Shown: positions 1-12,350, numbered from the stretch's first letter. The stretch is DNA of 64,000 nt from Robiginitalea sp. (GCA_024642005.1 JAHECA010000005.1:8898-72897); one strand, 5' to 3'. Made by a program: numbers and translations. The notes: a model not told the origin generated them from the letters alone.

Positions 1-1998
<1,998 letters not shown>

Positions 1999-2148
1999 GA
2001 CCCCTTAACGTACCGCAGGCCCCGAAATGCCCATAATTACAGGGCCTAAGCGCTGCTTTCAGGGTGCAAGTTATTCACCTAATGTTAACAAGTTCCGTTT
2101 TCGGAGTAGCCAAATAATCGTATTTTTAACCCCTAACTTAACTGAGAA

Positions 2149-2922
2149 ATGGGCAAAATAATTGCTATTGCGAATCAGAAGGGCGGGGTCGGAAAAACCA
2201 CCACCACGGTAAACCTGGCTGCCTCACTGGGTGTACTGGAAAAAAAGGTCCTGCTGATCGATGCCGACCCACAGGCCAATGCCACCTCGGGCCTGGGGAT
2301 AGACGTAGCGAGCATTACCATGGGCAGCTACCAGCTCCTGGAGCATACCCGGACAGCTGCCGAAACCATCGTTCCCACCGATTCCCCGAATGTAGACCTG
2401 ATCCCGGCCCATATTGACCTGGTGGCCATCGAGATCGAACTGGTAGACAAAGACCGGCGCGAATACATGCTCAAGGAAGCCATTGCGCCCATCCGTGAAA
2501 AGTACGACTACATATTGATCGATTGCGCCCCTTCCCTGGGCCTGCTCACCCTGAACGCCCTGACGGCGGCCGACTCGGTTATCATCCCCATTCAGTGCGA
2601 GTATTTCGCGCTTGAGGGCCTGGGCAAACTCCTGAATACCATCAAGAGCGTCCAGCGAATCCACAACCCCGACCTCGACATCGAAGGCCTGTTGCTCACC
2701 ATGTTCGATTCCCGCCTGCGGTTGTCGAACCAGGTAGTGGAAGAGGTGAAAAAACACTTCTCCGAGATGGTGTTCGACACCATCATCCAACGCAACGTGC
2801 GCCTTAGCGAAGCCCCTTCTTACGGGGAAAGCATCATTAAATACGATGCCAGCAGCACCGGAGCTGCTAATTACCTGAACATGGCGCACGAACTGCTCCA
2901 GAAAAACAGACAGGTGGTATAA
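2149..2922 (+). CDS. parA: ParA/Soj chromosome-partitioning ATPase
   Basis: Deviant Walker A motif IANQKGGVGKTTT. Full-length resemblance to Soj. The stop overlaps the parB start by 1 nt (TAATG). Confidence 0.93.
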   Translation: MGKIIAIANQKGGVGKTTTTVNLAASLGVLEKKVLLIDADPQANATSGLGIDVASITMGSYQLLEHTRTAAETIVPTDSPNVDLIPAHIDLVAIEIELVDKDRREYMLKEAIAPIREKYDYILIDCAPSLGLLTLNALTAADSVIIPIQCEYFALEGLGKLLNTIKSVQRIHNPDLDIEGLLLTMFDSRLRLSNQVVEEVKKHFSEMVFDTIIQRNVRLSEAPSYGESIIKYDASSTGAANYLNMAHELLQKNRQVV

Positions 2923-3830
2923 TGGCAAAAGCGACTAAAAAACAGGCCCTGGGCCGCGGGTTATCGGCCCTGCTCAGCGATCCGGACAACGACATTCAAT
3001 CGGCATCTGACAAGAACGCAGACAAGCTGGTGGGCAGCATTGTGGAACTCGACCTCGACAGCATTGAGGTTAACCCAAACCAGCCCCGGAGCAATTTCAA
3101 CGAAGAAGCCCTGGGAGAACTGGCGTCTTCCATTCGGGAGCTCGGCCTGATCCAGCCCATTACCGTGCGCAAACTCGGGTTCAACCGCTACCAGCTGGTA
3201 TCGGGAGAACGCCGCTACCGGGCCTCCCAGCGTATTGGCCTGGAGCGCATCCCGGCCTACATTCGCCTTGCGAACGACCAGGAGTCGCTCGAAATGGCCC
3301 TTGTGGAAAACATCCAGCGGCAAGACCTCGACCCGGTGGAGATTGCCCTTTCCTACCAGCGCCTGATCGACGAGATAGGCCTCACGCAGGAAATGTTGAG
3401 CCAACGGGTCGGTAAAAAGCGCAGCACCATCACGAACTACCTCAGGCTGTTGCGGCTAGACCCCATAATCCAGACGGGCATGCGCGACGGTTTTATCAGT
3501 ATGGGCCACGGGCGTTCCCTGGTCAACGTGGAACACCGGGCCGACCAGCTCGACATCTACGAAAAGATCGTAGCGGGCAACCTGTCGGTGCGGGAAACCG
3601 AAGCCCTGGTTCGCTCCTACCACGACAAAGGCAACGGCAAGTCTCCGGGATCCGGGAAATCGGCTGCGGCCCTGCCCGATTTCGCAGAGGCTGGCCTCGA
3701 AGACCTGAAAGAATTCCTAGACGCCGCGGTGCACATTCAGGCATCCGGATCCGGGAAGGGAAAAATCACGATCCCGTTTCACAACCGGGAAGAATTCCGG
3801 AGGCTGAAAAAAAGAATTACCGGTGCGTAA
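2922..3830 (+). CDS. parB: ParB/Spo0J partition protein
   Basis: ParB box motifs (PNQPRSNFNEEALGELASSIRELGLIQPITVR, GERRYRAS) and an HTH segment (TQEMLSQRVGKKRSTITNYLRLL). Confidence 0.93.
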   Translation: MAKATKKQALGRGLSALLSDPDNDIQSASDKNADKLVGSIVELDLDSIEVNPNQPRSNFNEEALGELASSIRELGLIQPITVRKLGFNRYQLVSGERRYRASQRIGLERIPAYIRLANDQESLEMALVENIQRQDLDPVEIALSYQRLIDEIGLTQEMLSQRVGKKRSTITNYLRLLRLDPIIQTGMRDGFISMGHGRSLVNVEHRADQLDIYEKIVAGNLSVRETEALVRSYHDKGNGKSPGSGKSAAALPDFAEAGLEDLKEFLDAAVHIQASGSGKGKITIPFHNREEFRRLKKRITGA

Positions 3831-4461
3831 GATCCTATCTCTGGTTTTGCTTTGCGGCTTGTGCCAACTGGCCTGGTCACAAGAACCAGCCCCTGCCCCC
3901 TCATCGGCAGACTCCCTGAAAAACAGCATGGATCAACAGGGCATGCGGTTTAAAAAGGTGCAAAAGCAGGAAATCGACCCCCTTTCCCCCAGCCGGGCAG
4001 CCTTTTATTCGGCCATCTTGCCAGGGCTGGGTCAGGCCTATAACAAGCGCTACTGGAAAGTCCCGATCGTTTGGGGCGCCATAGGCACAGGCACCTACGT
4101 CTACCTGCACAACAACGATTTGTACAAGCGTACCCGTACCGCCTACAAAAGGCGCCTGGCGGGCTTTACCGACGATGAGTTCTGGGACCTGAACAAAGAC
4201 GACGGGGTTACACCGACCGCCCCAGGCCTCTCCAACGAAGCCCTGCAGGATGCCCAGGAACGCTACCAGCGCGACCGGGACCTTGCCCTGCTCATCACCA
4301 TTGCCCTGTACGCCCTCAACATTATCGATGCCAATGTGGATGCCCACCTGAAGCAGTATAACGTGAATGAAGACCTGAGCCTGAAGATGCAGCCTTACCT
4401 GGAAGTAAACCCCCTGAGCCGCGACCCGAATTACGGACTGGCCCTTCACATACGATTCTGA
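3823..4461 (+). CDS. DUF5683-type membrane protein found after parB in Bacteroidota
   Basis: GTG start overlaps the parB stop. Signal-like N-terminus. SAILPGLGQAYNKRYWKVPIVWG motif. Conserved position after parB. Confidence 0.75.
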   Translation: MRKILSLVLLCGLCQLAWSQEPAPAPSSADSLKNSMDQQGMRFKKVQKQEIDPLSPSRAAFYSAILPGLGQAYNKRYWKVPIVWGAIGTGTYVYLHNNDLYKRTRTAYKRRLAGFTDDEFWDLNKDDGVTPTAPGLSNEALQDAQERYQRDRDLALLITIALYALNIIDANVDAHLKQYNVNEDLSLKMQPYLEVNPLSRDPNYGLALHIRF

Positions 4462-4466
4462 AGCCT

Positions 4467-5168
4467 ATGAACATCGGACTTTTCGGATACGGCAAAATGG
4501 GACGGATGATCGAACAGGTCGCCGGGCAGCGCGGGCACCGCATTGCCGCCCGCATCGACCGGGCCGAAGACCCGGCTCCCTTCGACGCCCTGGAGGTCGC
4601 CATCGATTTCAGCAGCCCCGAAGCTGCCTTCGACAACATCGCCCGCTGCCTGCAGGCCGGCGTGCCGGTGGTTAGCGGCACTACCGGCTGGCTCTCCAGG
4701 TACGAAGAGGCCCGTGCGCTTTGCGAACAAACCGGTGGCGCTTTGCTGTACGCTTCCAATTTCAGCCTGGGGGTAAACCTGTTTTTTGAAGTAAATGCCT
4801 ACCTGGCCCGCCTCATGGAAAAGGCGCCGGGATACTCCGTTGAACTGGAGGAAATCCACCATACCCAGAAACTCGACGCCCCCAGCGGCACGGCCATCAG
4901 CCTTGCGGAAGGCATTATCGCCAACAGCTCCTACGAGGCCTGGCGGATGGAATCGGCCGGCAAAGGGGAGATCCCCGTGCATTCGAAAAGGCTCGGAGAC
5001 ACCCCGGGTACCCACCGGGTGAGCTACCTGTCTGAAGTAGACCGGATTGACCTGGTGCACACTGCCCATAGCCGGCAGGGTTTTGCAGTAGGGGCCATAG
5101 TGGCAGCCGAATGGCTCGCCGGCAAAAAAGGAGTGTTCAGCATGCGCGATGTGTTAAACCTCCGTTAA
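4467..5168 (+). CDS. dapB: 4-hydroxy-tetrahydrodipicolinate reductase
   Basis: N-terminal GYGKMGR nucleotide-binding loop. The EEIHHTQKLDAPSGTA motif is typical of DapB. Confidence 0.9.
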   Translation: MNIGLFGYGKMGRMIEQVAGQRGHRIAARIDRAEDPAPFDALEVAIDFSSPEAAFDNIARCLQAGVPVVSGTTGWLSRYEEARALCEQTGGALLYASNFSLGVNLFFEVNAYLARLMEKAPGYSVELEEIHHTQKLDAPSGTAISLAEGIIANSSYEAWRMESAGKGEIPVHSKRLGDTPGTHRVSYLSEVDRIDLVHTAHSRQGFAVGAIVAAEWLAGKKGVFSMRDVLNLR

Positions 5169-5217
5169 CCCGAATAACTGTTAGCCCCTATTGGGCTTTC
5201 TTTGAAAACAAAACAAT

Positions 5218-6927
5218 ATGGACTACACGCAGTGGCTTCTTTTTATTCTGGCCGTACAACTCGTCCACTTCGCCGGAACCTGGAAACTCTACGTAAAAGC
5301 CGGGCGCAAGGCCTGGGAGGCAGCTGTGCCGATTTACAATGCGATGGTACTCATGCAGATCATCCGCAGGCCCCGCTGGTGGGTGCTGTTGCTGTTCATC
5401 CCCATCATCAACCTGCTCATGTTCCCGGTGGTCTGGGTAGAGACCATCAGAAGCTTTGGGCGCAACAAACTCTCCGATACCTGGCTGGTACTGCTCACCC
5501 TGGGCTTCTATATCTACTACGTCAATTATACCCTCGATGTACAGTATATGGAAAACCGGGACCTGCACCCCAAATCGGCCTCGGGCGAGTGGGTGAGCTC
5601 GATTGTTTTCGCCGTGGTGGCTGCCACCCTGGTACATACGTATTTTATTCAGCCCTATGTAATCCCCACGGGGTCGCTGGAACGCACCCTGCGGGTGGGC
5701 GACCTGCTGTTTGTCAGTAAATTCCATTACGGTGCCCGGGTACCGATGACCACCATGGCCGCCCCCATGGTACACGACACCCTGCCCGTGCTGCATACGC
5801 GGTCGTACCTTAAAAAGCCGCAGTTGCCCTATATGCGCCTGCCTGGCTTCCAGCAGGTGCAGCGCAACGACCTGGTGGTGTTCAGCTGGCCGGCCGATAC
5901 GGTACGCCAGTTCTTCAGGGCCGAAAGTCGGGTCGACAAGCCCATCGACAAAAAATCGAATTATGTAAAACGCTGCGTTGGGGTCCCGGGCGATTCGCTC
6001 CAGGTCATTGACGGGTATGTCTATATCAACGGGAAGCAATTGCAGCTGCCCGACCGGGCCCGGCCCATGTACGACTATACGGTCTTTGCCCAGAAGGGCG
6101 TTTCCACCCGCTGGCTCCAGGATGTGGGGGCCAATGAATTTGTGCGCACCTATGTGATCCAAGGGGCCAGCACGCAACAGCTGGGGCTGCTTCAGCCCTA
6201 TATCTACAGGGCCGAACCGGCCAACGGGCAGGTTGCCGTCCTCACGCCATCAGAAGGCCTGCCCCTGGAGGTGGTGCGCCAGGCCGGCATCACCCAGATC
6301 AGGGAAGTACCGACCCGCGAACGCCAGGTGGCTCTCACCGATGAGATGGTCGCAAAACTGGGCGCGGTATCCGGAGTAGATTCGATCGTAAAAATCATAG
6401 AACCGGCCGGGATGCCCGGAGTCAATATCTTCCCGCAAGACCCTGCCCGCTATCCCTGGAACTACGACAACATTGGCCCCATCTACATCCCCGCCAAAGG
6501 CGACCGGGTGGCCCTCACTCCGGCAACGCTCCCCCTGTACAAGAAAATCATCCGCGACTACGAAGGGCATACGGTTCGGGTATCGGGAAGCCAGGTCCTG
6601 GTAGACGGGCAGCCTGCCGACCAGTATACCTTCGCACAGAATTACTACTGGATGATGGGCGACAACCGCGACCACTCCGAAGACAGCCGGGCCTGGGGGT
6701 ACGTGCCGGCCAACCACATTGTCGGCAAGCCGGTGTTCATCTGGATGAGCTTCGACAACTTCAACCAGGGCATGGCCAACTGGAAGCCGCGTTGGGACCG
6801 TATTTTCACCACCGTAGGGGGTTCGGGCGAGCCCCGCTCCTACTTCCGCCATTTCCTGGTGGCCCTGGCCGCCTACCTGGTCATCGACTATATCATCCGT
6901 CGGCGCCGAAAAAAGCAAAAGGCCTGA
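5218..6927 (+). CDS. lepB: Signal peptidase I (long Bacteroidota form)
   Basis: Contains IPTGSLERTL (Ser box), YVKRCVGVPGD (Lys box) and GDNRDHSEDSRAWGYVP (box E). It has an N-terminal membrane region and a long insertion, as in flavobacterial LepB. Confidence 0.9.
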   Translation: MDYTQWLLFILAVQLVHFAGTWKLYVKAGRKAWEAAVPIYNAMVLMQIIRRPRWWVLLLFIPIINLLMFPVVWVETIRSFGRNKLSDTWLVLLTLGFYIYYVNYTLDVQYMENRDLHPKSASGEWVSSIVFAVVAATLVHTYFIQPYVIPTGSLERTLRVGDLLFVSKFHYGARVPMTTMAAPMVHDTLPVLHTRSYLKKPQLPYMRLPGFQQVQRNDLVVFSWPADTVRQFFRAESRVDKPIDKKSNYVKRCVGVPGDSLQVIDGYVYINGKQLQLPDRARPMYDYTVFAQKGVSTRWLQDVGANEFVRTYVIQGASTQQLGLLQPYIYRAEPANGQVAVLTPSEGLPLEVVRQAGITQIREVPTRERQVALTDEMVAKLGAVSGVDSIVKIIEPAGMPGVNIFPQDPARYPWNYDNIGPIYIPAKGDRVALTPATLPLYKKIIRDYEGHTVRVSGSQVLVDGQPADQYTFAQNYYWMMGDNRDHSEDSRAWGYVPANHIVGKPVFIWMSFDNFNQGMANWKPRWDRIFTTVGGSGEPRSYFRHFLVALAAYLVIDYIIRRRRKKQKA

Positions 6928-6934
6928 TTCACCC

Positions 6935-7564
6935 ATGGAGGTCTTGTTGCACCCGACATACTTCCCTTCCTGCATGAGCATGGCCTGCCTTGCCCAGGGA
7001 CCGGTGCGTTGGGAGGCCTGGGACAATTTCCAGAAACAGACCTACCGCAACCGCTGCTATATCTGCAACGACCGGGGGCAGCAGCTGCTGAACATCCCCG
7101 TGAGGCACGTAGGCGGCAACTCCGGGCGACAGCTCTTCAGGGAGGTGCGAATCGACAACGGCTACAACTGGCAGCGCCTGCACTGGCGCAGCCTGGAAAC
7201 GGCCTACCGCTCGGCCCCCTTTTTCGAGTACTACGAGGCCGATCTGCAGCAGCTATTCGAGCGGCGGTTCGACCGCCTCATGGACCTGGATCTGGCCACG
7301 GTCGAAGTGCTTTGCAAACTGTTGGATCTTGCGTTTCCCCCAGCGACTTCCGAAAACTACAACCCGCAGCCAGCAGGGCTCCGCGACGGGCGGCACCTGG
7401 TTGCGGCCAAGGCCGGGCCGGCTGCACCTATGCCCCGTTACCCACAGGTTTTTGAAGACCGGCACGGCTTTGTGCCCGATTTGAGCGTGCTCGACCTGCT
7501 CTTCAATGAGGGGACCCGCGCGGCTGAATACCTGCTGGGCCTGAAACTGCCCTGGGATGCTTAG
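6935..7564 (+). CDS. WbqC-family protein
   Basis: The FQKQTYRNRCYI...NIPVRH pattern resembles the WbqC family. Function unknown. Confidence 0.7.
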   Translation: MEVLLHPTYFPSCMSMACLAQGPVRWEAWDNFQKQTYRNRCYICNDRGQQLLNIPVRHVGGNSGRQLFREVRIDNGYNWQRLHWRSLETAYRSAPFFEYYEADLQQLFERRFDRLMDLDLATVEVLCKLLDLAFPPATSENYNPQPAGLRDGRHLVAAKAGPAAPMPRYPQVFEDRHGFVPDLSVLDLLFNEGTRAAEYLLGLKLPWDA

Positions 7565-7877
7565 GCCGCTGCTCCATTACGGGATCCACTTCCTACTGCC
7601 CCTGGCCATCGCTTTTTTCTTCTTTCCCAAAAAGTGGGTATGGGTGGCCCTGCTGCTGCTTGGCGGAATCCTCATAGATGCCGACCACCTGCTGGCCCGG
7701 CCGGTTTTTGACCCGAAACGGTGCAGCATCGGTTTCCACCCCCTGCATTCGTATGTGGCCATAGCCGTTTATGCGGCACTGCTGCTCTACCCGAAAACGC
7801 GTTTGGTGGGCCTGGCCCTGCTGCTCCATATTGCGGCCGATTGGGCCGACTGTACCCTACTTGCCCTTGAGGGCTAG
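7557..7877 (+). CDS. Small polytopic membrane protein (DUF6122-like)
   Basis: Three hydrophobic helices. The IDADHLLARPVFDPKRCSIGFHPLHS motif recalls DUF6122. Overlaps the wbqC stop by 8 nt. Confidence 0.55.
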   Translation: MLRPLLHYGIHFLLPLAIAFFFFPKKWVWVALLLLGGILIDADHLLARPVFDPKRCSIGFHPLHSYVAIAVYAALLLYPKTRLVGLALLLHIAADWADCTLLALEG

Positions 7878-8882
7878 GGTGGCCATCAGCGGATAGTGAT
7901 CAGACAGGCGCACCTGATAATTGCGATGGGCCAGCACCTCGAAGGCTCCGTCGGCCAAAATGTAATCGATGCGGTATGGGATCCCCTTCAGGGAATAGGT
8001 GGTGCCCAGCCCTGCCCCACGCCCCGCATAGGTATCCTGAAATCCCGCCTTCATTTGCCGATAGACATTTGAAAAGGGTGCGGAATTGAAGTCTCCGCAA
8101 ACCAGCACCGGGTAGGGCGATTGGGCAAGGTGCTTCCTGATCAGGGCAGCTTGCTGGCGGTGCAGGGCCGCTACGGCCGAGAGCCTGCCCAAAAAACGGG
8201 TGCCGTAATCCCGCAACAGAAATCGTCTTGAACCGATACGGTACGATTGCAAGTGTACATTATAGACCCTTATGGTATCATAGCCTATCAGCACATCGGC
8301 ATAAAGGGTATTGTTCCGCGAATCAGGGAATTCCACCATCCCGCCGGAGACCATGGGAAATTTTGAAAAAATGGCCTGGAAGGCCTTGTTGGCTTCAACA
8401 GGGGTTTCGGTGTAGAATGGGTAATCTCTGAGTAAGGTTTTACGCGTCTGATACGAGTATTCCTGCAGGCAAATGATATCGGGGTCTTCACGCTTGATAA
8501 AAGCCAATATGCTATCGCGCGTGTTTTCATTTTTCCGCCAGGAAAAAAGACTGAACGATCGGGCGTTGTAACTCATCACCTTAAACCCTCCTTCCGAAAC
8601 AGGCGGGGTTTCAGCGCCAAAACGGTAGAAGTTCTCAAAGGCCAGGAAGCTCACCCCAAGGGCCAGCACCGGGATAAGGACGGCCCGGTCGAACAGCAAC
8701 AGCCACCACAACACAAAAAACCCGTTGGCCACCCATAGCATGGGAACCAGGCTGCTCAGGCTGTCGAGGAACGGGAGGGGCCCAATCGGATAATAATACA
8801 AGAAGCAGGTAAGCAACAAAAGGAATGCGAAAACCGCGGTAAGCCACACCATTGCTTTTCTAAGGATTGGGAAGCGTTTCAT
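7857..8882 (-). CDS. Endonuclease/exonuclease/phosphatase (EEP) family membrane protein
   Basis: N-terminal TM helices followed by EEP motifs (VMSYNARSF, ICLQE, GDFNS, SDHYP). Confidence 0.8.
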   Translation of the reverse strand: MKRFPILRKAMVWLTAVFAFLLLLTCFLYYYPIGPLPFLDSLSSLVPMLWVANGFFVLWWLLLFDRAVLIPVLALGVSFLAFENFYRFGAETPPVSEGGFKVMSYNARSFSLFSWRKNENTRDSILAFIKREDPDIICLQEYSYQTRKTLLRDYPFYTETPVEANKAFQAIFSKFPMVSGGMVEFPDSRNNTLYADVLIGYDTIRVYNVHLQSYRIGSRRFLLRDYGTRFLGRLSAVAALHRQQAALIRKHLAQSPYPVLVCGDFNSAPFSNVYRQMKAGFQDTYAGRGAGLGTTYSLKGIPYRIDYILADGAFEVLAHRNYQVRLSDHYPLMATLALKGK

Positions 8883-9758
8883 TTACGAATCTTCTTTCCC
8901 GGCCTTGAACAGGAAGTCCTTTTCGGCCTGGGTAAGGCTCTCGTAGCCCGATTTGCTGATCTTGTCGAGAATGCCGTCGATCTTGCGCTGTCGGGTCTGC
9001 TTGTCGTAATCGACTGCCTTAACAGGTTTTCGGGCCTCTTTGCGGTATACCGTCTTCATGGGGGCCTTGCGGGTCTGCGGCTTGAACAGGCCGCCGAGCC
9101 AGTCGAGCAGGCCCGAGAAACCGGCGCCCAGATCGCCGCCCTGGGCCGCCCGGCGGGCGTACAGGTAGCCCAGCAGGGCCCCGCCGAGGTGGGCGATGCG
9201 GCCGCCCGGGTTGTCGTTCAGGGGAATCAGCACCAGGTCGAGCACCACGAAAAAGGCCCCGATGTGCCAAAGTTTCACGTTGAAAAAAAAGACACGTACC
9301 TGTTGGCCGGGCAGGTAGGTGCAAATATAGATGAGGACGGCCATGACCGCCGCCGAGGCGCCGACCAGGGGCGACTGGCTCTGGTAGAACACCGGGAAGA
9401 TGTTATAGGCGGTCAGGAAAAACAGCCCGCCGAGAATGAGACCCAGGAAATAGACGTTTACAAAGCGCCTGCTGCCGAAAAAATTCAGGAAGATGCGGCC
9501 CACGTAATACAACATGAGCATGTTGAAAAGGATGTGCCACAGGTTGGCATGCAAAAAGGCATAGGTAATGAGCGACCAGGGCTGTGCCAGAAAGTCGAAG
9601 AAATCCTTGGGCAGTTCAAACCACCCCTCCAGGCCAGGGGCAGGCAGGGCCAGTAAAAATCCGGCCAGGCGAAAAACAATGAAAACCGCCAGGTTTACGG
9701 CGATCAGTTTTTCGGCAATGTTAAGCCGGGCGTATTGGTATCTCAGGCCGCCGTTCAT
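8883..9758 (-). CDS. Rhomboid-family intramembrane protease with a C-terminal cytoplasmic tail
   Basis: Contains HANLWHILFNM (HxxxN), VGASAAV (Ser retained) and AHLGGALLG (His). I prefer the ATG at 9758 (MNGGLRYQ) over the TTG at 9770, because it overlaps the upstream stop by 1 nt. Confidence 0.85.
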   Translation of the reverse strand: MNGGLRYQYARLNIAEKLIAVNLAVFIVFRLAGFLLALPAPGLEGWFELPKDFFDFLAQPWSLITYAFLHANLWHILFNMLMLYYVGRIFLNFFGSRRFVNVYFLGLILGGLFFLTAYNIFPVFYQSQSPLVGASAAVMAVLIYICTYLPGQQVRVFFFNVKLWHIGAFFVVLDLVLIPLNDNPGGRIAHLGGALLGYLYARRAAQGGDLGAGFSGLLDWLGGLFKPQTRKAPMKTVYRKEARKPVKAVDYDKQTRQRKIDGILDKISKSGYESLTQAEKDFLFKAGKEDS

Positions 9759-10504
9759 CACTGATCCCAACGGTTACGGTTAAACTGGTTGTGGCGCCAG
9801 TACCACATCATCAGGAAGCCGAACAGGGCCCCGCCCACGTGGGCGAAGTGGGCAATGCCACCCCCGAAGATGGAATAGCCGGTAACCCCCGAGAACAGGT
9901 CGAGGGCAATCAGGGCCGGGATGAAATACTTGGCCTTGATGGGCACGGGTAAAAAAATCAGGAACAGCTCGCTGTTTGGGAAAGACATGCCGAAGGCCAC
10001 CAGAATGCCGTAGATGGCGCCCGAAGCTCCTACCGCCGGGGTAAAATACGATTCCAGCATGCGGTCTACCAGCTGGGGCGGGGCGATCTGCGCCCAATTC
10101 TGGTCGTATTTGCCCTGCGCCAGAAGCTGGAAGATTTCACTTTCGGAACCGCCAGCACTGACCAGGGCTTCCACCCCCTGATACACGTGGTAATAATTGA
10201 CCCCGGTATGGATCAGGGCTGCACCCAGGCCGGCCGAGAAATAGAAGAACAAAAACTTTTTGGTGCCCCACATCCGTTCCAGGGGCGAACCAAAGGCCCA
10301 AAGGGCGTACATATTGAAAAAAATATGCATGAGCCCCCCGTGCATGAACATATGCGAAAGGACCTGCCACCAGGCAAAGTGCGAGTTTTTAGGGAACCAG
10401 AGGGAAAACCACTCGTAAAACTGGTCGCCATAGAGGCTCGTAGCCAGGAAAAACAGGACATTGACGATCAGCAGGTGCTTGATCCCTTCGGTGATTCTAC
10501 CCAT
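9758..10504 (-). CDS. Rhomboid-family intramembrane serine protease
   Basis: Contains HGGLMHIFFNM, the catalytic motif GASGAIYG and HVGGALFG. Confidence 0.88.
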   Translation of the reverse strand: MGRITEGIKHLLIVNVLFFLATSLYGDQFYEWFSLWFPKNSHFAWWQVLSHMFMHGGLMHIFFNMYALWAFGSPLERMWGTKKFLFFYFSAGLGAALIHTGVNYYHVYQGVEALVSAGGSESEIFQLLAQGKYDQNWAQIAPPQLVDRMLESYFTPAVGASGAIYGILVAFGMSFPNSELFLIFLPVPIKAKYFIPALIALDLFSGVTGYSIFGGGIAHFAHVGGALFGFLMMWYWRHNQFNRNRWDQ

Positions 10505-12350
10505 GAAAATTGAGTTTTTTCTCGAGCTCCTCCAGCGGGAGCGTTACGTGTATCGGTTTGTTGAACGGGCTCATGGCCGGTTCTTTGCAGCCAAACAGGT
10601 CATTGACCAGCCCCAGCTGCGATTCGGGATCGAGGGGCGTGCCCGGCTTTACAGCCAGGGCCCTGCAGAGTTCTTTTGCCACGCGGTCTACCTGCGAAAA
10701 ATCGCCTGCCCCGTCGTGGCGCTGCCAGTCAGAAATGAGCTGGTCGAGCACTGAGGCTGCCTCGCTTTCGGGCACCAGCACAGGCAGGCCGGTGAGTTCC
10801 AGGGTGTCTCCCGCTGCATCCGAAAACCGGAAGCCCAAACCGGCAAGCGCTTCTTCCATAGACCGCAAAATATGCATTTCGGCCCGACCGAAGGCTAATT
10901 GCAGGGGGAAAAGCAGGGCCTGGGAAGCAGGTTCACGCCGGCTCAGGTTCTGGAGCAATTGTTCGTACAGGACCCGTTGGTGTGCCCGCTGCTGGTCGAT
11001 GAGCAACAGGCCGGATTTAATACGCGTCAGGATGTACTTCCGCCCCAGCTGGAAGAGCCCGGCCTGACCTGGGGTTCCGGCTGCGCCCTCATCAAAGAGT
11101 GGTTCCTGCCGCGTCTCTGATTCGATAACCCAGTCGGCAGGCTGCAGCTCCGGGTCTGGATCGAGCCCTTCATAGCGTGCTTCCCACCCCCGGGTGGGGG
11201 CCGGCCTGTAACTTCCCGTATTGCGGGAGGCAGGTTTTTCCCCGGCAAAAGGGTTAAAGTTCCGATCGACACTTACCCCGGGTAGCATCGCTTCCCGGTC
11301 TTTGTAATCATAGGGCGTTTCCAGGTTCTGGTCCTGTTCGAAATCGAGTACCGGGGCGATGTTGAACTGCCCCAGGCTATGCTTGACAGCCGAACGCAGA
11401 ATGGCGTACAGGCTCTGTTCGTTTTCAAATTTGACCTCGGTCTTGGTAGGGTGAATGTTGATATCAATAGATTCCGGGGGCACCTGCAGGTAGAGGAAAT
11501 ACCCCGGGTAGCTTTCTGACCTGAGCAGGCCCTCGAAGGCGGCCATTACGGCGTGGTGCAGGTAAGGGCTCCTGATGAAACGGTCGTTCACGAAAAAGAA
11601 CTGCTCGCCCCTGCTTTTGCGCGCAAATTCCGGTTTGCAGACAAAGCCGCCTATGGCGACGATCTGGGTCTCTTCGGCCACGGGTACCAGGCGGGCATTC
11701 ATGCGGTTGCCGAACAGGTGGTCGATACGTTGCTTCAGGTTAGACACCGGCAAGTGGTGTACCTCGCTTTCGTTGTGGACCATACGGAAGGCGATACCCG
11801 GGTGAGCAAGGGCCACCCGCTGGAATTCGTCGAGCACATGCCGGAATTCGACCTGGGCCGATTTCAGGAAATTGCGCCGGGCCGGGATGTTGAAGAATAA
11901 ATTTTTCACCTGTATGGAAGTGCCCTGTGGGGTCACGACTGCTTCCGTGCCCTGAACGGTGTCTCCGGCGATGCGCAGGCGTGTGCCCAGTTCGGCTTCG
12001 GCGTCACGGGTCGTGAGCTCCACCTGGGCAATGGCCGCGATTGAGGCCAGGGCCTCGCCCCGGAAACCTTTGGTTTGCAGGTGGAACAGGTCTTCGGCCT
12101 TGCTGATCTTTGAGGTGGCGTGACGGCGGAACGAAAGCCCCGCATCGGCCGGGCTCATGCCGCTCCCGTCGTCGACTACCTGTACCAGGGCCTTCCCCCC
12201 GTCCTTGACGAGCAGTTCGATGCGCATTGCCCCGGCGTCGATGGCATTCTCCAGCAATTCCTTGACTACCGAGGCAGGTCGCTGCACCACTTCGCCAGCG
12301 GCGATCTGGTTAGCCACATGGTCTGGCAATAATTGGATGCGGTTGGCCAT
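10497..12350 (-). CDS. mutL: DNA mismatch repair protein MutL
   Basis: The N-terminus IQLLPDHVANQIAAGEVVQRPASVVKELLENAIDAG is the GHKL ATPase signature of MutL. A C-terminal dimerisation domain is present. Confidence 0.95.
   Translation of the reverse strand: MANRIQLLPDHVANQIAAGEVVQRPASVVKELLENAIDAGAMRIELLVKDGGKALVQVVDDGSGMSPADAGLSFRRHATSKISKAEDLFHLQTKGFRGEALASIAAIAQVELTTRDAEAELGTRLRIAGDTVQGTEAVVTPQGTSIQVKNLFFNIPARRNFLKSAQVEFRHVLDEFQRVALAHPGIAFRMVHNESEVHHLPVSNLKQRIDHLFGNRMNARLVPVAEETQIVAIGGFVCKPEFARKSRGEQFFFVNDRFIRSPYLHHAVMAAFEGLLRSESYPGYFLYLQVPPESIDINIHPTKTEVKFENEQSLYAILRSAVKHSLGQFNIAPVLDFEQDQNLETPYDYKDREAMLPGVSVDRNFNPFAGEKPASRNTGSYRPAPTRGWEARYEGLDPDPELQPADWVIESETRQEPLFDEGAAGTPGQAGLFQLGRKYILTRIKSGLLLIDQQRAHQRVLYEQLLQNLSRREPASQALLFPLQLAFGRAEMHILRSMEEALAGLGFRFSDAAGDTLELTGLPVLVPESEAASVLDQLISDWQRHDGAGDFSQVDRVAKELCRALAVKPGTPLDPESQLGLVNDLFGCKEPAMSPFNKPIHVTLPLEELEKKLNFHG

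Noticed and set aside
1999-2148. Search for tRNA, other structured RNA or riboswitches in the larger intergenic gaps (1999-2148, 47171-47334, 48025-48198, 50879-51038, 59559-59653, 60758-60890)
   Set aside because: I saw no T-loop (GTTCGAAT-type) or anticodon-arm patterns and no cobalamin, FMN or TPP riboswitch-like cores by eye. These gaps are better explained by promoters and terminators. An Infernal/tRNAscan run would be needed to be certain.
5188-6177. 329-aa minus-strand ORF inside lepB. The same applies to 25028-25891, 17899-18762, 52173-53132, 54451-55329, 56551-57501, 57302-58177, 19388-20203 and 36317-36988.
   Set aside because: All are antisense to genes with strong family signatures. 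All show the Arg/Gly/Pro/His-rich composition expected from reverse-complemented GC-rich codons. None has its own start context or motifs.
9271-9287. parS-like sequence AGTTTCACGTTGAAAAA inside the rhomboid gene
   Set aside because: It matches the left half of the TGTTTCACGTGAAACA consensus. An extra T breaks the palindrome, and the right half mismatches at several positions. It is probably fortuitous. I did not find a convincing parS elsewhere by eye, although an exhaustive scan was not possible.
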